Translations under genes and position numbers: made by a program | Shown: one piece after another, positions 27,466 to 36,321 of the stretch | Layout of the letters: the number at the start of each line of letters is the position of its first letter | How positions within the stretch are numbered: the first letter of the stretch is position 1 | The notes under the pieces: model-generated | Databases searched by the model: none | What the model was told of the DNA's origin: nothing | The model's input: only the letters and a program-made list of their open reading frames with translations | Source of the DNA: Solirubrobacteraceae bacterium | GTDB taxonomy: Bacteria; Actinomycetota; Thermoleophilia; Solirubrobacterales; Solirubrobacteraceae | Direction: 5' to 3' | NCBI GenBank assembly: GCA_030447505.1 | Contig: JAUJOT010000008.1 | Coordinates: forward strand, 97,400 to 161,399 | Length of the DNA: 64,000 nt

Positions 27466-28851
27466 TCAAGCAGGTCGAGTGCTCAGCAGGCCCCGCGGGT
27501 GGGGCCAGGCGCAGCGGGCACCAGGTAGGCCAGAACGCCGACAGCCACGCGATGGCGGGAGTTCCACAACCGCACCGCGAGCTCGGACCCCGGCTCCTCG
27601 ACGAGGAGCTTGATCAGCGACGAGGTGTCGAAGTAGAGGGTCAGCGACGCTGGTCGGCGACGAGATCAGAAACGGGACCCTTCGCCTTGACCCGCGGACG
27701 CGCATCGCGCAGCTACATCGGCGAGTGCCTGACTCGCCGTCGCTGATGGGCGCGAAGGACTTCGGATCGGTCGGCGCCTCGGTGCAGATCGCAAGTGCCG
27801 CCGGGCGCGCGTCGTCGAGGCCGAGCGACTCCCACGTACGCTCGGGCCGGCGCTCGCGCAGGGCCAGCAGGCCGGCGACGCCGGATGCGCCGGTCTCGCC
27901 GCAGACGAGGTTGTCGAGCAGCAGCAGCCGCACGGCCTCGTCGGCCGAGCGGTCGTCGATCGTGCAGAACGCGGCGATCCCCGCCGCCATGTCCGGCAGC
28001 GCGACGCGCGACGCGAGGCCGCAGTTCAGCCCCGCCATGATCGAGCGGTGCGGCCCGGCGACGAGCACGGGCCGGCCCTCGCGCACCGCCTGCAGCGCGC
28101 ATGCCGCGTCGGCCGGCTCGACGCCCACGATCACCCGCCCAGGCGACGCCAGCGCCCGCACCGCGGCGGAGGCGAGCGCGCCGACGCCGATCTGGATCGC
28201 GACGAGCGGCGGCGGCTCGCCGCCCAGCTGCTCGGCAAGCTCCTCGAAGATCGTCGCGTAGCCGTCTGCCACCCAGCCGGGAACGAGCTCGTAGCCGGGC
28301 CACGAGGTGTCGGAGATCACGAGGTGGTCGTCGCTGGCGAGCGCTGACGAGAGCCTCACGGCGTCGTCGTAGCTTCCCGGCACGACGTCGACGGTGGCGC
28401 CCTCGCCGGCGATCGCGTCGATCCGCGCCCGGGCGCTGTGCTCGGGAATCAGGATCCGCGCGTCGAGGTCGAGCAGCCGCGCGATCCGGGCGACGGCGCG
28501 GCCGTGGTTTCCGTCCGTCGCGGCGACGAGCGTGAGGCCGTCGAGGCGAGGGATGATCGCGCGCAGCTCGTCGAACGTCGCGGCGGGCTCGAGGCCGGCG
28601 CGCAGGCTCAGCGCGCGACAGGTCGCCCACGAGGCGCCGAGGATCTTGAACGACGGCAGGCCGAAGCGCTCGCTCTCGAGCTTGACGAGCAGCCGCGAGA
28701 GCCCGAGCCCGGCAGCGGCGCTGGGCGCCTCGGCGACCGCGGTCGGCTCGTAGCCGGGCATGCTGCGGTGAAAGCGCGCGGCGCGTGGATCGGGCCTGGC
28801 CGGCACGCTGACGGCGCGATCTGCGTTGTCGAGGAACGCGACGAGGCTCAT
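27466..28851 (-). CDS. dpaL: diaminopropionate ammonia-lyase (PLP-dependent) with an atypical Arg-rich C-terminal tail
   Basis: ATG at 28851. ESERFGLPSFKILGASWA, VAATDGNHGRAVA and ICTEAPTDPKSF are present. The last 70-80 codons overlap the vapBC remnant in another frame. The rest of the 1126-aa track ORF is antisense shadow. Confidence 0.8.
   Translation of the reverse strand: MSLVAFLDNADRAVSVPARPDPRAARFHRSMPGYEPTAVAEAPSAAAGLGLSRLLVKLESERFGLPSFKILGASWATCRALSLRAGLEPAATFDELRAIIPRLDGLTLVAATDGNHGRAVARIARLLDLDARILIPEHSARARIDAIAGEGATVDVVPGSYDDAVRLSSALASDDHLVISDTSWPGYELVPGWVADGYATIFEELAEQLGGEPPPLVAIQIGVGALASAAVRALASPGRVIVGVEPADAACALQAVREGRPVLVAGPHRSIMAGLNCGLASRVALPDMAAGIAAFCTIDDRSADEAVRLLLLDNLVCGETGASGVAGLLALRERRPERTWESLGLDDARPAALAICTEAPTDPKSFAPISDGESGTRRCSCAMRVRGSRRRVPFLISSPTSVADPLLRHLVADQAPRRGAGVRARGAVVELPPSRGCRRSGLPGARCAWPHPRGLLSTRPA
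27483..27644 (-). pseudogene. truncated VapC-type PIN toxin fragment (N-terminus only), preceded by a VapB-like C-terminal stub
   Basis: LTLYFDTSSLIKLLVEEPGSELAVRLWNS is a canonical VapC N-terminus. It starts at CTG inside CGCTGACC, where an upstream stub (…PRVKAKGPVSDLVADQRR, 27641-27712) stops. It ends after 53 aa. Confidence 0.6.
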
Positions 28852-28884
28852 GCGTCCGAGCGTACGGGGTACTCGCAGGCCGTC

Positions 28885-29424
28885 ATGTCCGCCCCGACGC
28901 CAGCCGTGGATCGGAATCCTGCGACCGCGCCGAGGGCGCCTGCGTTCCTGATGGGCGTCGGGCTCGGCGGCTTCATCGACGGGATCCTGCTGCACCAGCT
29001 GCTGCAGTGGCACCACATGCTCAGCAGCACGGCTGAACATCCAGTCGGCACGGTTGCCGGCCTGCAGGCGAACACGCTGGCCGACGGGTTCTTCCACGTC
29101 GCGACCTGGATCTGCGTCGTCGTTGCGATGCTGCTGATCGTTCGCGGCTGGCAGCGACGCGAGCTCGCGCCACCGTGGCGCGTGCAGGTCGGGATGCTGC
29201 TCGCCGGCTGGGGCGCGTTCAATCTCGTCGAGGGTCTCGTCGACCACGTGATCCTCGGCATCCACCACGTGCGCGACGACCTCGGCGGCCCGCTCGGCTG
29301 GGATCTCGCGTTCCTCGCCTTCGGGGCGCTGCTGATCGCCGTCGGGCTCTGGCTGGCGCGGTCGAGCGGTCGCGCAGAGGCGTCCGGCGCCGAACCGTCG
29401 GGCGGCGCGCCGCGCCCGACATAG
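28885..29424 (+). CDS. DUF2243-type membrane protein
   Basis: ATG at 28885. LGGFIDGILLHQLLQWHHM and LVEGLVDHVILGIHHV are present, with four hydrophobic helices. Confidence 0.7.
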   Translation: MSAPTPAVDRNPATAPRAPAFLMGVGLGGFIDGILLHQLLQWHHMLSSTAEHPVGTVAGLQANTLADGFFHVATWICVVVAMLLIVRGWQRRELAPPWRVQVGMLLAGWGAFNLVEGLVDHVILGIHHVRDDLGGPLGWDLAFLAFGALLIAVGLWLARSSGRAEASGAEPSGGAPRPT

Positions 29425-29475
29425 CGTGTGACGCAGCCCACGCCCTCGCGCCTGGGCCGCGGGTAGTGTGGCGCC

Positions 29476-31044
29476 ATGGAGCGCGCCTACGATGCGATCG
29501 TCGTCGGCTCGGGGTTCGGTGGGGGAATCACCGCCTGCCGTCTCGCCGAGCAGGGCTGGCGGGTGTGCGTGCTCGAGCGCGGCCGGCGCTTCGGTGCCGG
29601 CGACTTTCCCGACCGCCTGGCGCAGTTTCCGCACGCGCTGTGGCACCCGCGGCGCAACCCGGGCGGCATGTTCGACGTCCGCATCATGCGCGACGTCGCC
29701 GTCGTGACCGGCGCCGGAGTGGGCGGCGGCTCGCTCGTCTACGCGAACGTCCAGCTGCCCGCGCCCGACGCGATCTTCGACGACCCCGCGTGGCCCCACG
29801 TGATCGACGGCGGCGAGCTCGACCGCTTCTACACCCGCACCGAGGAGGCACTCGACCCGCACGCGACGCCGGCGCAGCCGCCGCTGGCGAAGGTCGGCGC
29901 CTTTGACCGGATGGCGGAGAACGCGGGGCGCACGGCGCTGCGGCTGCCGATCGCGGTGCACTTCGGCGCCGACCGCCGCCACCCGTTCAGCGGCGTCTTC
30001 CAGCAGGGCTGCGACAACCTCGCCCGCTGCGACGTCGGCTGCCCACGGATGTCGAAGAACACGATCGACATCACGTACATCGCGCGCGCCGAGATGTTCG
30101 GCGCCGAGGTCTTCCCGCTGCACGAGGTGCACCGCATCGACGCGCCCGCGCGCCGCGGCGACGACTGGCGCGTCGGGTTCCGGGACCTGCAGTACAAGAC
30201 CGCGGCCGAGGTCAGCGCGCCCGTCCTCGTTCTCGCCGCCGGGGCGCTCGGCTCGACCCGCCTGCTGCTGCGAAACCGCAGGCGGCTGCCGCGCCTGTCG
30301 CCGGCGCTCGGCAGCCGCTACTCCGGCAACGGCGATGCGCTGGCGCTTGCCCTCGATCCGACCGCGACCGGCGTCGCGGGCGCGCAGGCCGACGTCGGTC
30401 CCGTCATGACGAGCCGGATCGACTACATCGTCGAGCGCGGGCACATGATCGCCGACGGCGGCCTGCCCGCGAGCTTCGGCGACGTGCTCGAGGTGCTGCG
30501 CGGCGTCCGGCTGCTGACGGGCCTGGGCCGGCTGCGCGTCGGCGCGAAGAACGCGGCGACGAAGATCGGCTTCTCCGACCACGCGCTCGCGCCCGGCGAC
30601 ATGCGCGTCAAGCGCCGCCAGCCGATCGGCGACGCGCTGATCTTCCTCTGCATCGGGCGCGACGCCGCCGACGGGCGGATGCACCTCACCCGCTTCGGGC
30701 GCTTTGACATCCGCTGGCAGATGAACCGCAGCCAGCGGCTGTTCGACGCGATGCGCGGCAGCGTGCGCGAGCTCGCCGACGCCGCCGGCGCGACGGCGTT
30801 CTTCGCGCTCGACGCCGGCCCGCTGGGCAAGTACGTCACGGTTCATCCGCTTGGCGGCTGCCCGATGTCAGACGACCCGGTCGCGGGCGTCGTCGACGAT
30901 GCGGGCAAGGTGTTCGGCTACGGCGGCCTGTACGTGCTCGACGGCTCGATCGTGCCGACGGCGATCGGCGTCAACCCCTCCAAGACGATCGCCGCGCTCG
31001 CCGAGCGCGGCGTCGAGCGGCTGCTGGCCGAGCGGGCGCGGTGA
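29476..31044 (+). CDS. GMC-family FAD oxidoreductase (cholesterol-oxidase-like)
   Basis: YDAIVVGSGFGGG (the dinucleotide fold) and the C-terminal HPLGGCPM...LYVLDGSIVPTAIGVNPSKTIAALAER are present. Confidence 0.85.
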   Translation: MERAYDAIVVGSGFGGGITACRLAEQGWRVCVLERGRRFGAGDFPDRLAQFPHALWHPRRNPGGMFDVRIMRDVAVVTGAGVGGGSLVYANVQLPAPDAIFDDPAWPHVIDGGELDRFYTRTEEALDPHATPAQPPLAKVGAFDRMAENAGRTALRLPIAVHFGADRRHPFSGVFQQGCDNLARCDVGCPRMSKNTIDITYIARAEMFGAEVFPLHEVHRIDAPARRGDDWRVGFRDLQYKTAAEVSAPVLVLAAGALGSTRLLLRNRRRLPRLSPALGSRYSGNGDALALALDPTATGVAGAQADVGPVMTSRIDYIVERGHMIADGGLPASFGDVLEVLRGVRLLTGLGRLRVGAKNAATKIGFSDHALAPGDMRVKRRQPIGDALIFLCIGRDAADGRMHLTRFGRFDIRWQMNRSQRLFDAMRGSVRELADAAGATAFFALDAGPLGKYVTVHPLGGCPMSDDPVAGVVDDAGKVFGYGGLYVLDGSIVPTAIGVNPSKTIAALAERGVERLLAERAR

Positions 31045-32513
31045 TGCAGTTCGAGATCCGCAAGACGTGGAAGAACCACCTCGGCAACCAGCGGATCGAC
31101 CCGCTGCGGATCTACGCGCCGCGCTCGATCGCCGAGGTCCAGCAGATCGTGCGCCTCGCCCGCGAGCGGGGCGTCAACGTGCGCGCCGTCGGCTCGGGCC
31201 ACTCGTGGTCAGACGTGGCGCTGACCGAGGGCTTCCTGCTCGAGCCGACGGGCATGACGCGCGTGCCCGCTTCCGAGCCCGACTTCATCCGTGCCGACTG
31301 GGCGGCGCGCAGGCTCGTGCGGGCGGAGGGCGGCGCCCGCATCCGCGAGCTCAACGCGTGGCTTGACGCCAACGGGATGGGCTTCGCGAACCTCGGCGGC
31401 TACGACGGGCAGACGATCGCCGGCGTGACGTCGACCTCGACGCACGGCTCCGGAGTCGGGTTCGGCCCGCTCAACGACGCGCTGCGCTCGCTGGACGTCG
31501 TCGTGGGCGACGGCAGCGTCCAGCGCATCGAGCCCAGCGACGGGCCGACGGACCGGGCGGCGTTCGAGGCGCACTTCGGCGACGGGCGCAGGCTCGTGCA
31601 GGACGATCACGTCTTCGACGCCGTCTGCGTCGGGATGGGCTGCATGGGCGTGATCTGCACGGCGATGATCGAGGTCCGCGAGCGCTTCTTCATGCGCGAG
31701 GTACGCGAGATGCACCCGTGGGCGAAGGTGCGCGCCGACCTCGAGGACGGTGGCGTGCTGCAGCGCCACGAGCACTACGAGCTGGCCTTCAGCCCGTACG
31801 ACGACGGCTATCCGTACCCGTTCCTCGTGACGACCCGCGACACCGTCGGCGACCCGCGCAACCGACCGTGGGACAAGCGCATGCGCAACTGGCTCGTCGA
31901 GGCCGCTGCGCTGTTTCCGTTCACGCCGCACGTCATCAACCTGATCCTGGACGTGGCGCCGAGGCTGGCGCCGGCGATGCTGCGCGGCTCGGTCAGGTCG
32001 CTCGTCAAGGACGAGTACGACGCCGTCAGCTTCAAGGTCTTCAACATCGGCACGCTGAACAACCTGCCCGCGTACTCGTGTGAGATCGCGGTGCCGACGG
32101 ACGGCCGCCACATCGAGGCCGTCGAGACGATCTTCCGCGTCGCGCGCGAGCGCCGCGAGCTCGGACAGGTCTACCAGAGCTCGCCGATCGCGCTGCGCTT
32201 CGTGCAGGCCTCGCCGGCCTACCTGTCGATGATGAACGGTCGCGACACGATGATGATCGAGCTGATCGGGCTGAACGGAAACGACGGCGGCATCGAGCTG
32301 CTCAAGGCCTACGAGGAGGCGCTCTACGCGCTGGGCGGGCGGCCGCACTGGGGCCACATCAACACGCTGTCGGGCAGCGGGGAGTTCGTCGCCTCGATGT
32401 ATCCGCGGCTGGGCGACTGGCTCGAGGTGCGCGCCGCGCTGGATCCGGACGGCGTGTTCGACTCGCCGTTCACGAAGCGGGTGGGGCTGTCGCGGCAGGC
32501 GTTCGTGGCTTGA
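31041..32513 (+). CDS. FAD-linked oxidase of the gulono-/arabinono-1,4-lactone oxidase type
   Basis: GTG at 31041 sits in a GTGA overlap. The FAD_binding_4 region RAVGSGHSWSD...GGYDGQTIAGVTSTSTHGSG and the C-terminal GGRPHWGH are present. Confidence 0.8.
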   Translation: MMQFEIRKTWKNHLGNQRIDPLRIYAPRSIAEVQQIVRLARERGVNVRAVGSGHSWSDVALTEGFLLEPTGMTRVPASEPDFIRADWAARRLVRAEGGARIRELNAWLDANGMGFANLGGYDGQTIAGVTSTSTHGSGVGFGPLNDALRSLDVVVGDGSVQRIEPSDGPTDRAAFEAHFGDGRRLVQDDHVFDAVCVGMGCMGVICTAMIEVRERFFMREVREMHPWAKVRADLEDGGVLQRHEHYELAFSPYDDGYPYPFLVTTRDTVGDPRNRPWDKRMRNWLVEAAALFPFTPHVINLILDVAPRLAPAMLRGSVRSLVKDEYDAVSFKVFNIGTLNNLPAYSCEIAVPTDGRHIEAVETIFRVARERRELGQVYQSSPIALRFVQASPAYLSMMNGRDTMMIELIGLNGNDGGIELLKAYEEALYALGGRPHWGHINTLSGSGEFVASMYPRLGDWLEVRAALDPDGVFDSPFTKRVGLSRQAFVA

Positions 32514-32716
32514 GGGACTTGCGGTGGGGCCCGCGGCAGCGGTCTTGGCGCCGGCGCCGTACGCGGCGCGCGGCGCGCGGGGTTCGGGGTGTCGCTCGAG
32601 CACCCCAAGGCGACCGATCCCACGCTTCTTCCTTCATCGCTGCTGTTCAGCCGCGCCACGGCAGCCATCCGCGCACCGCGCGGAGCGCCACCGCGACCGC
32701 CTGACACCCGCGAAGC

Positions 32717-33217
32717 TCATCCCCCCGCGCCCCCGTGGCCGCCGCCGCCATCATCGTCGCCCGACACCAGCTTCAGCGCATGCGGCAGCATCGGCATCAG
32801 CACCCCGAGGCACTCCCGGACCGCCTTTGGATTGCCGGGCAGGTTGATCACGAGCGTCCGGCCGCGCGTCCCGGCGACCGCGCGCGACAGCCACGCCAGA
32901 CGCTGGAACTGCGCGGTCTCGGCGCGCATCGCCTCGGCGATCCCCGGCGCCTCGCGGTCGATCACCGAACGCGTCGCCTCGGGCGTGACGTCGCGCGGGG
33001 CGAGGCCGGTCCCGCCGGACGTCAGCACGAGCGTCGCGCCGTCGCAGAGCTCGACGATCGCGGCGGCGATCTCGTCCTGCTCGTCGGGCACGAGCCGGGT
33101 CGCGACGATCTCGATCTCGATCCCCTCGAGGATCTCGGCCATCAGCGCGGTCGTCGTGTCTTCGCGCGTGCCCGCCGAGCGGGTGTCCGAGACGGTCAGG
33201 ATCGCGGCGGTTAGCAT
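32717..33217 (-). CDS. moaB: molybdenum cofactor biosynthesis protein B / MogA-type
   Basis: ATG at 33217. ILTVSDTRS, LVLTSGGTGLAPRDVTPEA and NLPGNPKA are present. Confidence 0.85.
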   Translation of the reverse strand: MLTAAILTVSDTRSAGTREDTTTALMAEILEGIEIEIVATRLVPDEQDEIAAAIVELCDGATLVLTSGGTGLAPRDVTPEATRSVIDREAPGIAEAMRAETAQFQRLAWLSRAVAGTRGRTLVINLPGNPKAVRECLGVLMPMLPHALKLVSGDDDGGGGHGGAGG

Positions 33218-33223
33218 CAGGGA

Positions 33224-33886
33224 ATGGACGTTACCGTGAGACTCTTCGCCAGCCTGCGCGAGCACGCCGGGGCTGGCACGGTGCCGCTGCAGCTCGGCGA
33301 CGGCGCGACGGTCGCCGACGCCATCGCGCAGCTGCGCAGCGGCGCGCTGGCGGGCCTGCCGGAGAACGCGCCCTTCGTCGCGGCGGTCGCGCGCGAGTAC
33401 GTCAAGCAGGACCACCCGCTTGCCGACGGCGACGAGCTCGCGCTCGTGCCGCCGGTCAGCGGCGGGTCCGGCGAGGTCCTGCTCGCCGAGGTCACCGGCG
33501 AGAAGCTCGACCCCGAGGCGGTGCGCAGGCTCGTCGCGCACCCCGCGACCGGCGCGACGGTCGTCTTCTGCGGCACGACGCGCGAGGTTCCGAGCCTCGA
33601 GTACGAGGCCTACGTCGAGATGGCCGAGGAGAAGATCCGCGAGCTCGCCGAGGCGGTCGTCGCCGAGTACGGCCTCGCCGCCGTCGCGGTCGCGCACCGC
33701 ACCGGCACCGTCGAGCTGATGGAGCCGAGCATCGTCATCGCGGTCTCCGCGGGGCACCGCGCGGAGGCCTTCGCCGGCGCGCGGGCGCTGCTTGACGCGG
33801 TCAAGTCGCAGGCGCCGATCTGGAAGCAGGAGCACCCGGAGGACGGCCCGCCGGAATGGGTCGCGGGGACGTTGCCGCAGGTCTGA
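33224..33886 (+). CDS. moaD/moaE: MoaD-MoaE fusion (molybdopterin synthase sulfur-carrier plus catalytic subunit)
   Basis: The N-terminal 85 aa end in the MoaD-type LVPPVSGG. A MoaE domain follows (TGATVVFCGTTRE...IAVSAGHRAEAF...APIWKQE). Confidence 0.85.
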   Translation: MDVTVRLFASLREHAGAGTVPLQLGDGATVADAIAQLRSGALAGLPENAPFVAAVAREYVKQDHPLADGDELALVPPVSGGSGEVLLAEVTGEKLDPEAVRRLVAHPATGATVVFCGTTREVPSLEYEAYVEMAEEKIRELAEAVVAEYGLAAVAVAHRTGTVELMEPSIVIAVSAGHRAEAFAGARALLDAVKSQAPIWKQEHPEDGPPEWVAGTLPQV

Positions 33887-34073
33887 CGCTGTGATCTTCG
33901 GCGATAGATGCGGTATCTCGAGCGCTACGTGGCGCGGAGGGCAGCGTCGAGAGGCTGCTGTTGCGCCGCCAGTCCGAAGACGTGTGTCGTACGACGCCCC
34001 TGTCCGGGGTTTGGATTGGGGCCGCTCTAACGCGACGGCCACACGTCAGGCTGCGCGAGCGAGCTGGTCACAG

Positions 34074-34265
34074 TCAGGCGAAAGCAGCAGCGCCGAGCGC
34101 TCGTTGTGACGACTGACGCAACCGCTGTTTGATGTCCCACGCGATGAGGGCGGCACCAGATCCCAGCACCACACCGCCAAGCCAGTCGAGCGGCCCGAGG
34201 CCAGAAGGGAGCCGCCGAACCGCCAAAGCGACCATCAGGACCATGGCCAGCGCAGAGAGCCACAT
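34074..34265 (-). CDS. possible small two-helix membrane protein
   Basis: MWLSALAMVLMVALAV...GGVVLGSGAALIAWDI. Only the last 63 codons of a 255-aa shadow ORF look protein-like. Confidence 0.3.
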   Translation of the reverse strand: MWLSALAMVLMVALAVRRLPSGLGPLDWLGGVVLGSGAALIAWDIKQRLRQSSQRALGAAAFA

Positions 34266-34548
34266 GGGCGGATCGCTGAACCACCGGGACACCTTCGATC
34301 TGTACCCCGATGGCTTCCGCGTCGACACAGGACCGGCACGCTCCACGTGGCCCCCCGGACGATGAGCCCAGCCGCGCCGATCGGTCGACCGCGGCGTGGG
34401 CGAGCGATTGTCAGGTCGGCCCTCGGCGTAACACCGCCGCTGCGGTTCGCGAAGCGACTCGGCCGGCCCGGCGCTTGGCGCGCGGAGGTGGCACTCGTCC
34501 CGCGGCCGCCGCACGTGTGAGGCGCGACCAGAGCGGGCATCCGGTGGC

Positions 34549-34746
34549 ATGGCCCGGATCCGTACCCTCGCCGCTGCTTTGCTCGTTGTCACCGTCGCGT
34601 TTTTGGGCGCCGCCTGCGGCGGCGACAACGCCAGCCCGTCACAGCAGGATGAGGCGCCGCTCAACGAGCAAACGCCGAGTGGCCAGCAACAGGGCGAGAC
34701 GACCCCGGCGCCAGCGGACTCCGAGCGGGGATCCGGCGGCGGCTGA
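34549..34746 (+). CDS. possible small secreted lipoprotein
   Basis: MARIRTLAAALLVVTVAFLGAAC-GGD is a signal peptide with a lipobox-like Cys. A Q/P/E-rich tail follows. Confidence 0.4.
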   Translation: MARIRTLAAALLVVTVAFLGAACGGDNASPSQQDEAPLNEQTPSGQQQGETTPAPADSERGSGGG

Positions 34747-34935
34747 CACGACAGCCGGCGCTCGCAGCCAGCCGCGAAGGTGGCGAGGGCGCGACCGCAG
34801 CGGCGACGGACACCGGCTCGCCGGCGATCGCGTTGCGCCAACGGCGCCTCTCCGCTACGCGTTCGGCCGGTCGCCCTCCCGAGAGCCGATCCTCTACGAG
34901 GGCGGCGAAGTCTGCTGCGTCCCGATAGCCGTTGG

Positions 34936-35343
34936 CTATGCGAGCACCGCCGTTGCTTCGATCTCGATCAGATAGTCGGGCTCAAACAGCGCCGCGACGC
35001 CGATCAGCGTGGCCGGCTTTACGGGATCGACACCCAGCTTCTCGGCAGCAGCGCCGACCCCCGCGAAGAGCGCCTCCATCTTCGCCGGCTCCCAGTCGAC
35101 GACGTAGATCGTGAGCTTCGCGACATCGCCGAAGCTCGCCCCAACGGAGTCCAAGGCGCTCGCCACATTGACGAGCGCTTGCTCAGTCTGCCCTGCCAGA
35201 TCGCCCGCGGCGACCGTGGCGCCCTCGGCGTCCTGTGACACCTGACCGGCGAGGTACACGGTCTTGCTGCCCGTCGCCACGCCCACGTGCACGTAGCCCT
35301 CCGGCTCGACGCGACCCGGGACATTGCTCAGCTCGACTGACAT
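34936..35343 (-). CDS. RidA/YjgF/Endoribonuclease L-PSP family protein
   Basis: ATG at 35343. VYLAGQVSQDAEG, QTEQALVNV and PDYLIEIEATAV are present. Confidence 0.85.
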   Translation of the reverse strand: MSVELSNVPGRVEPEGYVHVGVATGSKTVYLAGQVSQDAEGATVAAGDLAGQTEQALVNVASALDSVGASFGDVAKLTIYVVDWEPAKMEALFAGVGAAAEKLGVDPVKPATLIGVAALFEPDYLIEIEATAVLA

Positions 35344-35801
35344 CGCGCGCTCCCTGTTGGCTTGATTAGATCGGCCGACCGGCCGATGACGCATATTCCC
35401 TGAACGCGTCTCCTACCGGTCAAAAGAATCAGCGATGGAGACCGCGCCGCAGCGCAGAGCTGAGCCCCTCAAGCGGTCGGCTACGGGACGCGCGGCTGCA
35501 GCGGGCGATGTCCCGCTGAGGGACCGGCTATCGAGTCGAGTTCCACGACTTCGTCGGACTCCGCTGAGCGGCCCATTTGCTGGGATGGTCACAGCAGCGG
35601 CCCGTTCAGCGGGACCCCCCGAGCGAGACCGCTTGCGCCACGTCTCGAGCGGTCTCGGGCGCGCGGATGGGGGAGGGGCACGCGCTTGCCGCGGGGCACC
35701 GCGTGCGCGGCGTAGACTCGCTGTATGAGCGCGCCTTCACAGCCGCCCGAGTTCGGGGACGCCGGCGTCGTCGTCTACGACAGCGGGGGCGCCGGCACGT
35801 C

Positions 35802-35960
35802 GTGCCGTATCGACCGGACGGCGCCTACCTGGAGGCGCTGCGAGGTGGAGCTGCCGCCCGCGACGCCAGGCTACCGCTGGATGAGGTTCTCGACGAGATC
35901 GGCGGCTTGGGCGGGCAGCTGGACGAGTTCGAGCCGGCGTTCACGCAACCGTCGCGGTGA
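35802..35960 (+). CDS. short ORF translationally coupled to the nucleotidyltransferase gene (possible partner or antitoxin); 5' extent unclear
   Basis: Its stop sits in a GTGA overlap with the next start. The acidic C-terminus is LPLDEVLDEIGGLGGQLDEFEPAF. A protein-like start in another frame (MSAPSQPPEFGDAGVVVYDSGGAG at 35725) suggests a frameshift near 35795-35805. Confidence 0.3.
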   Translation: MPYRPDGAYLEALRGGAAARDARLPLDEVLDEIGGLGGQLDEFEPAFTQPSR

Positions 35961-36319
35961 GCGGTCGCCCGCGGCATGAGATCGCTGCGATCCTCCAAGA
36001 GCTGGACGCCCGCGGCGTGCAATACGTCGTGATCGGCGGCGTCGCCGGCCGCGCGCACGGCGACCCAACCGTCACCTACGACCTGAATATCACGCCCGCG
36101 GCGTCACGCGAGAACCTGAACCGGCTCGCCGCCGCCCTTGACGACCTGCGTGTCGGGCTGCGCGTGCCCGACCTCGACGAACCGATCGCCTTCGAGTTCG
36201 ACGCGACGTCGATCGCGCGGTTCACGACGCTCACGACCCGCGGTGCATACGGCGACCTCGACGTCGTGCTGCGGCTGGCTCCGGCGCTGTCGCTGCGGTC
36301 CGCCGGCACGTCCGTCTAA
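35957..36319 (+). CDS. minimal nucleotidyltransferase-fold protein, apparently 3'-truncated
   Basis: YVVIGGVAGRAHGDPTVTYDLNITP is a GG...G...T.D.D NTase motif. The product ends shortly after GDLDVVLRL without the usual C-terminal helical part. Confidence 0.5.
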   Translation: MSGRPRHEIAAILQELDARGVQYVVIGGVAGRAHGDPTVTYDLNITPAASRENLNRLAAALDDLRVGLRVPDLDEPIAFEFDATSIARFTTLTTRGAYGDLDVVLRLAPALSLRSAGTSV

Positions 36320-36321
36320 CC

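Noticed and set aside
28852-30846. Upstream 665 codons of the 1126-aa minus-strand ORF that contains dpaL.
   Set aside because: The protein-like sequence starts only at the ATG at 28851. The upstream part is antisense to the GMC oxidoreductase and DUF2243 genes and is Arg/Ala-rich.
35577-35801. Upstream part of the 127-aa ORF preceding the nucleotidyltransferase.
   Set aside because: It contains RVRGRRRRRLRQRGRR-type sequence. Only the last 52 codons or so look real.
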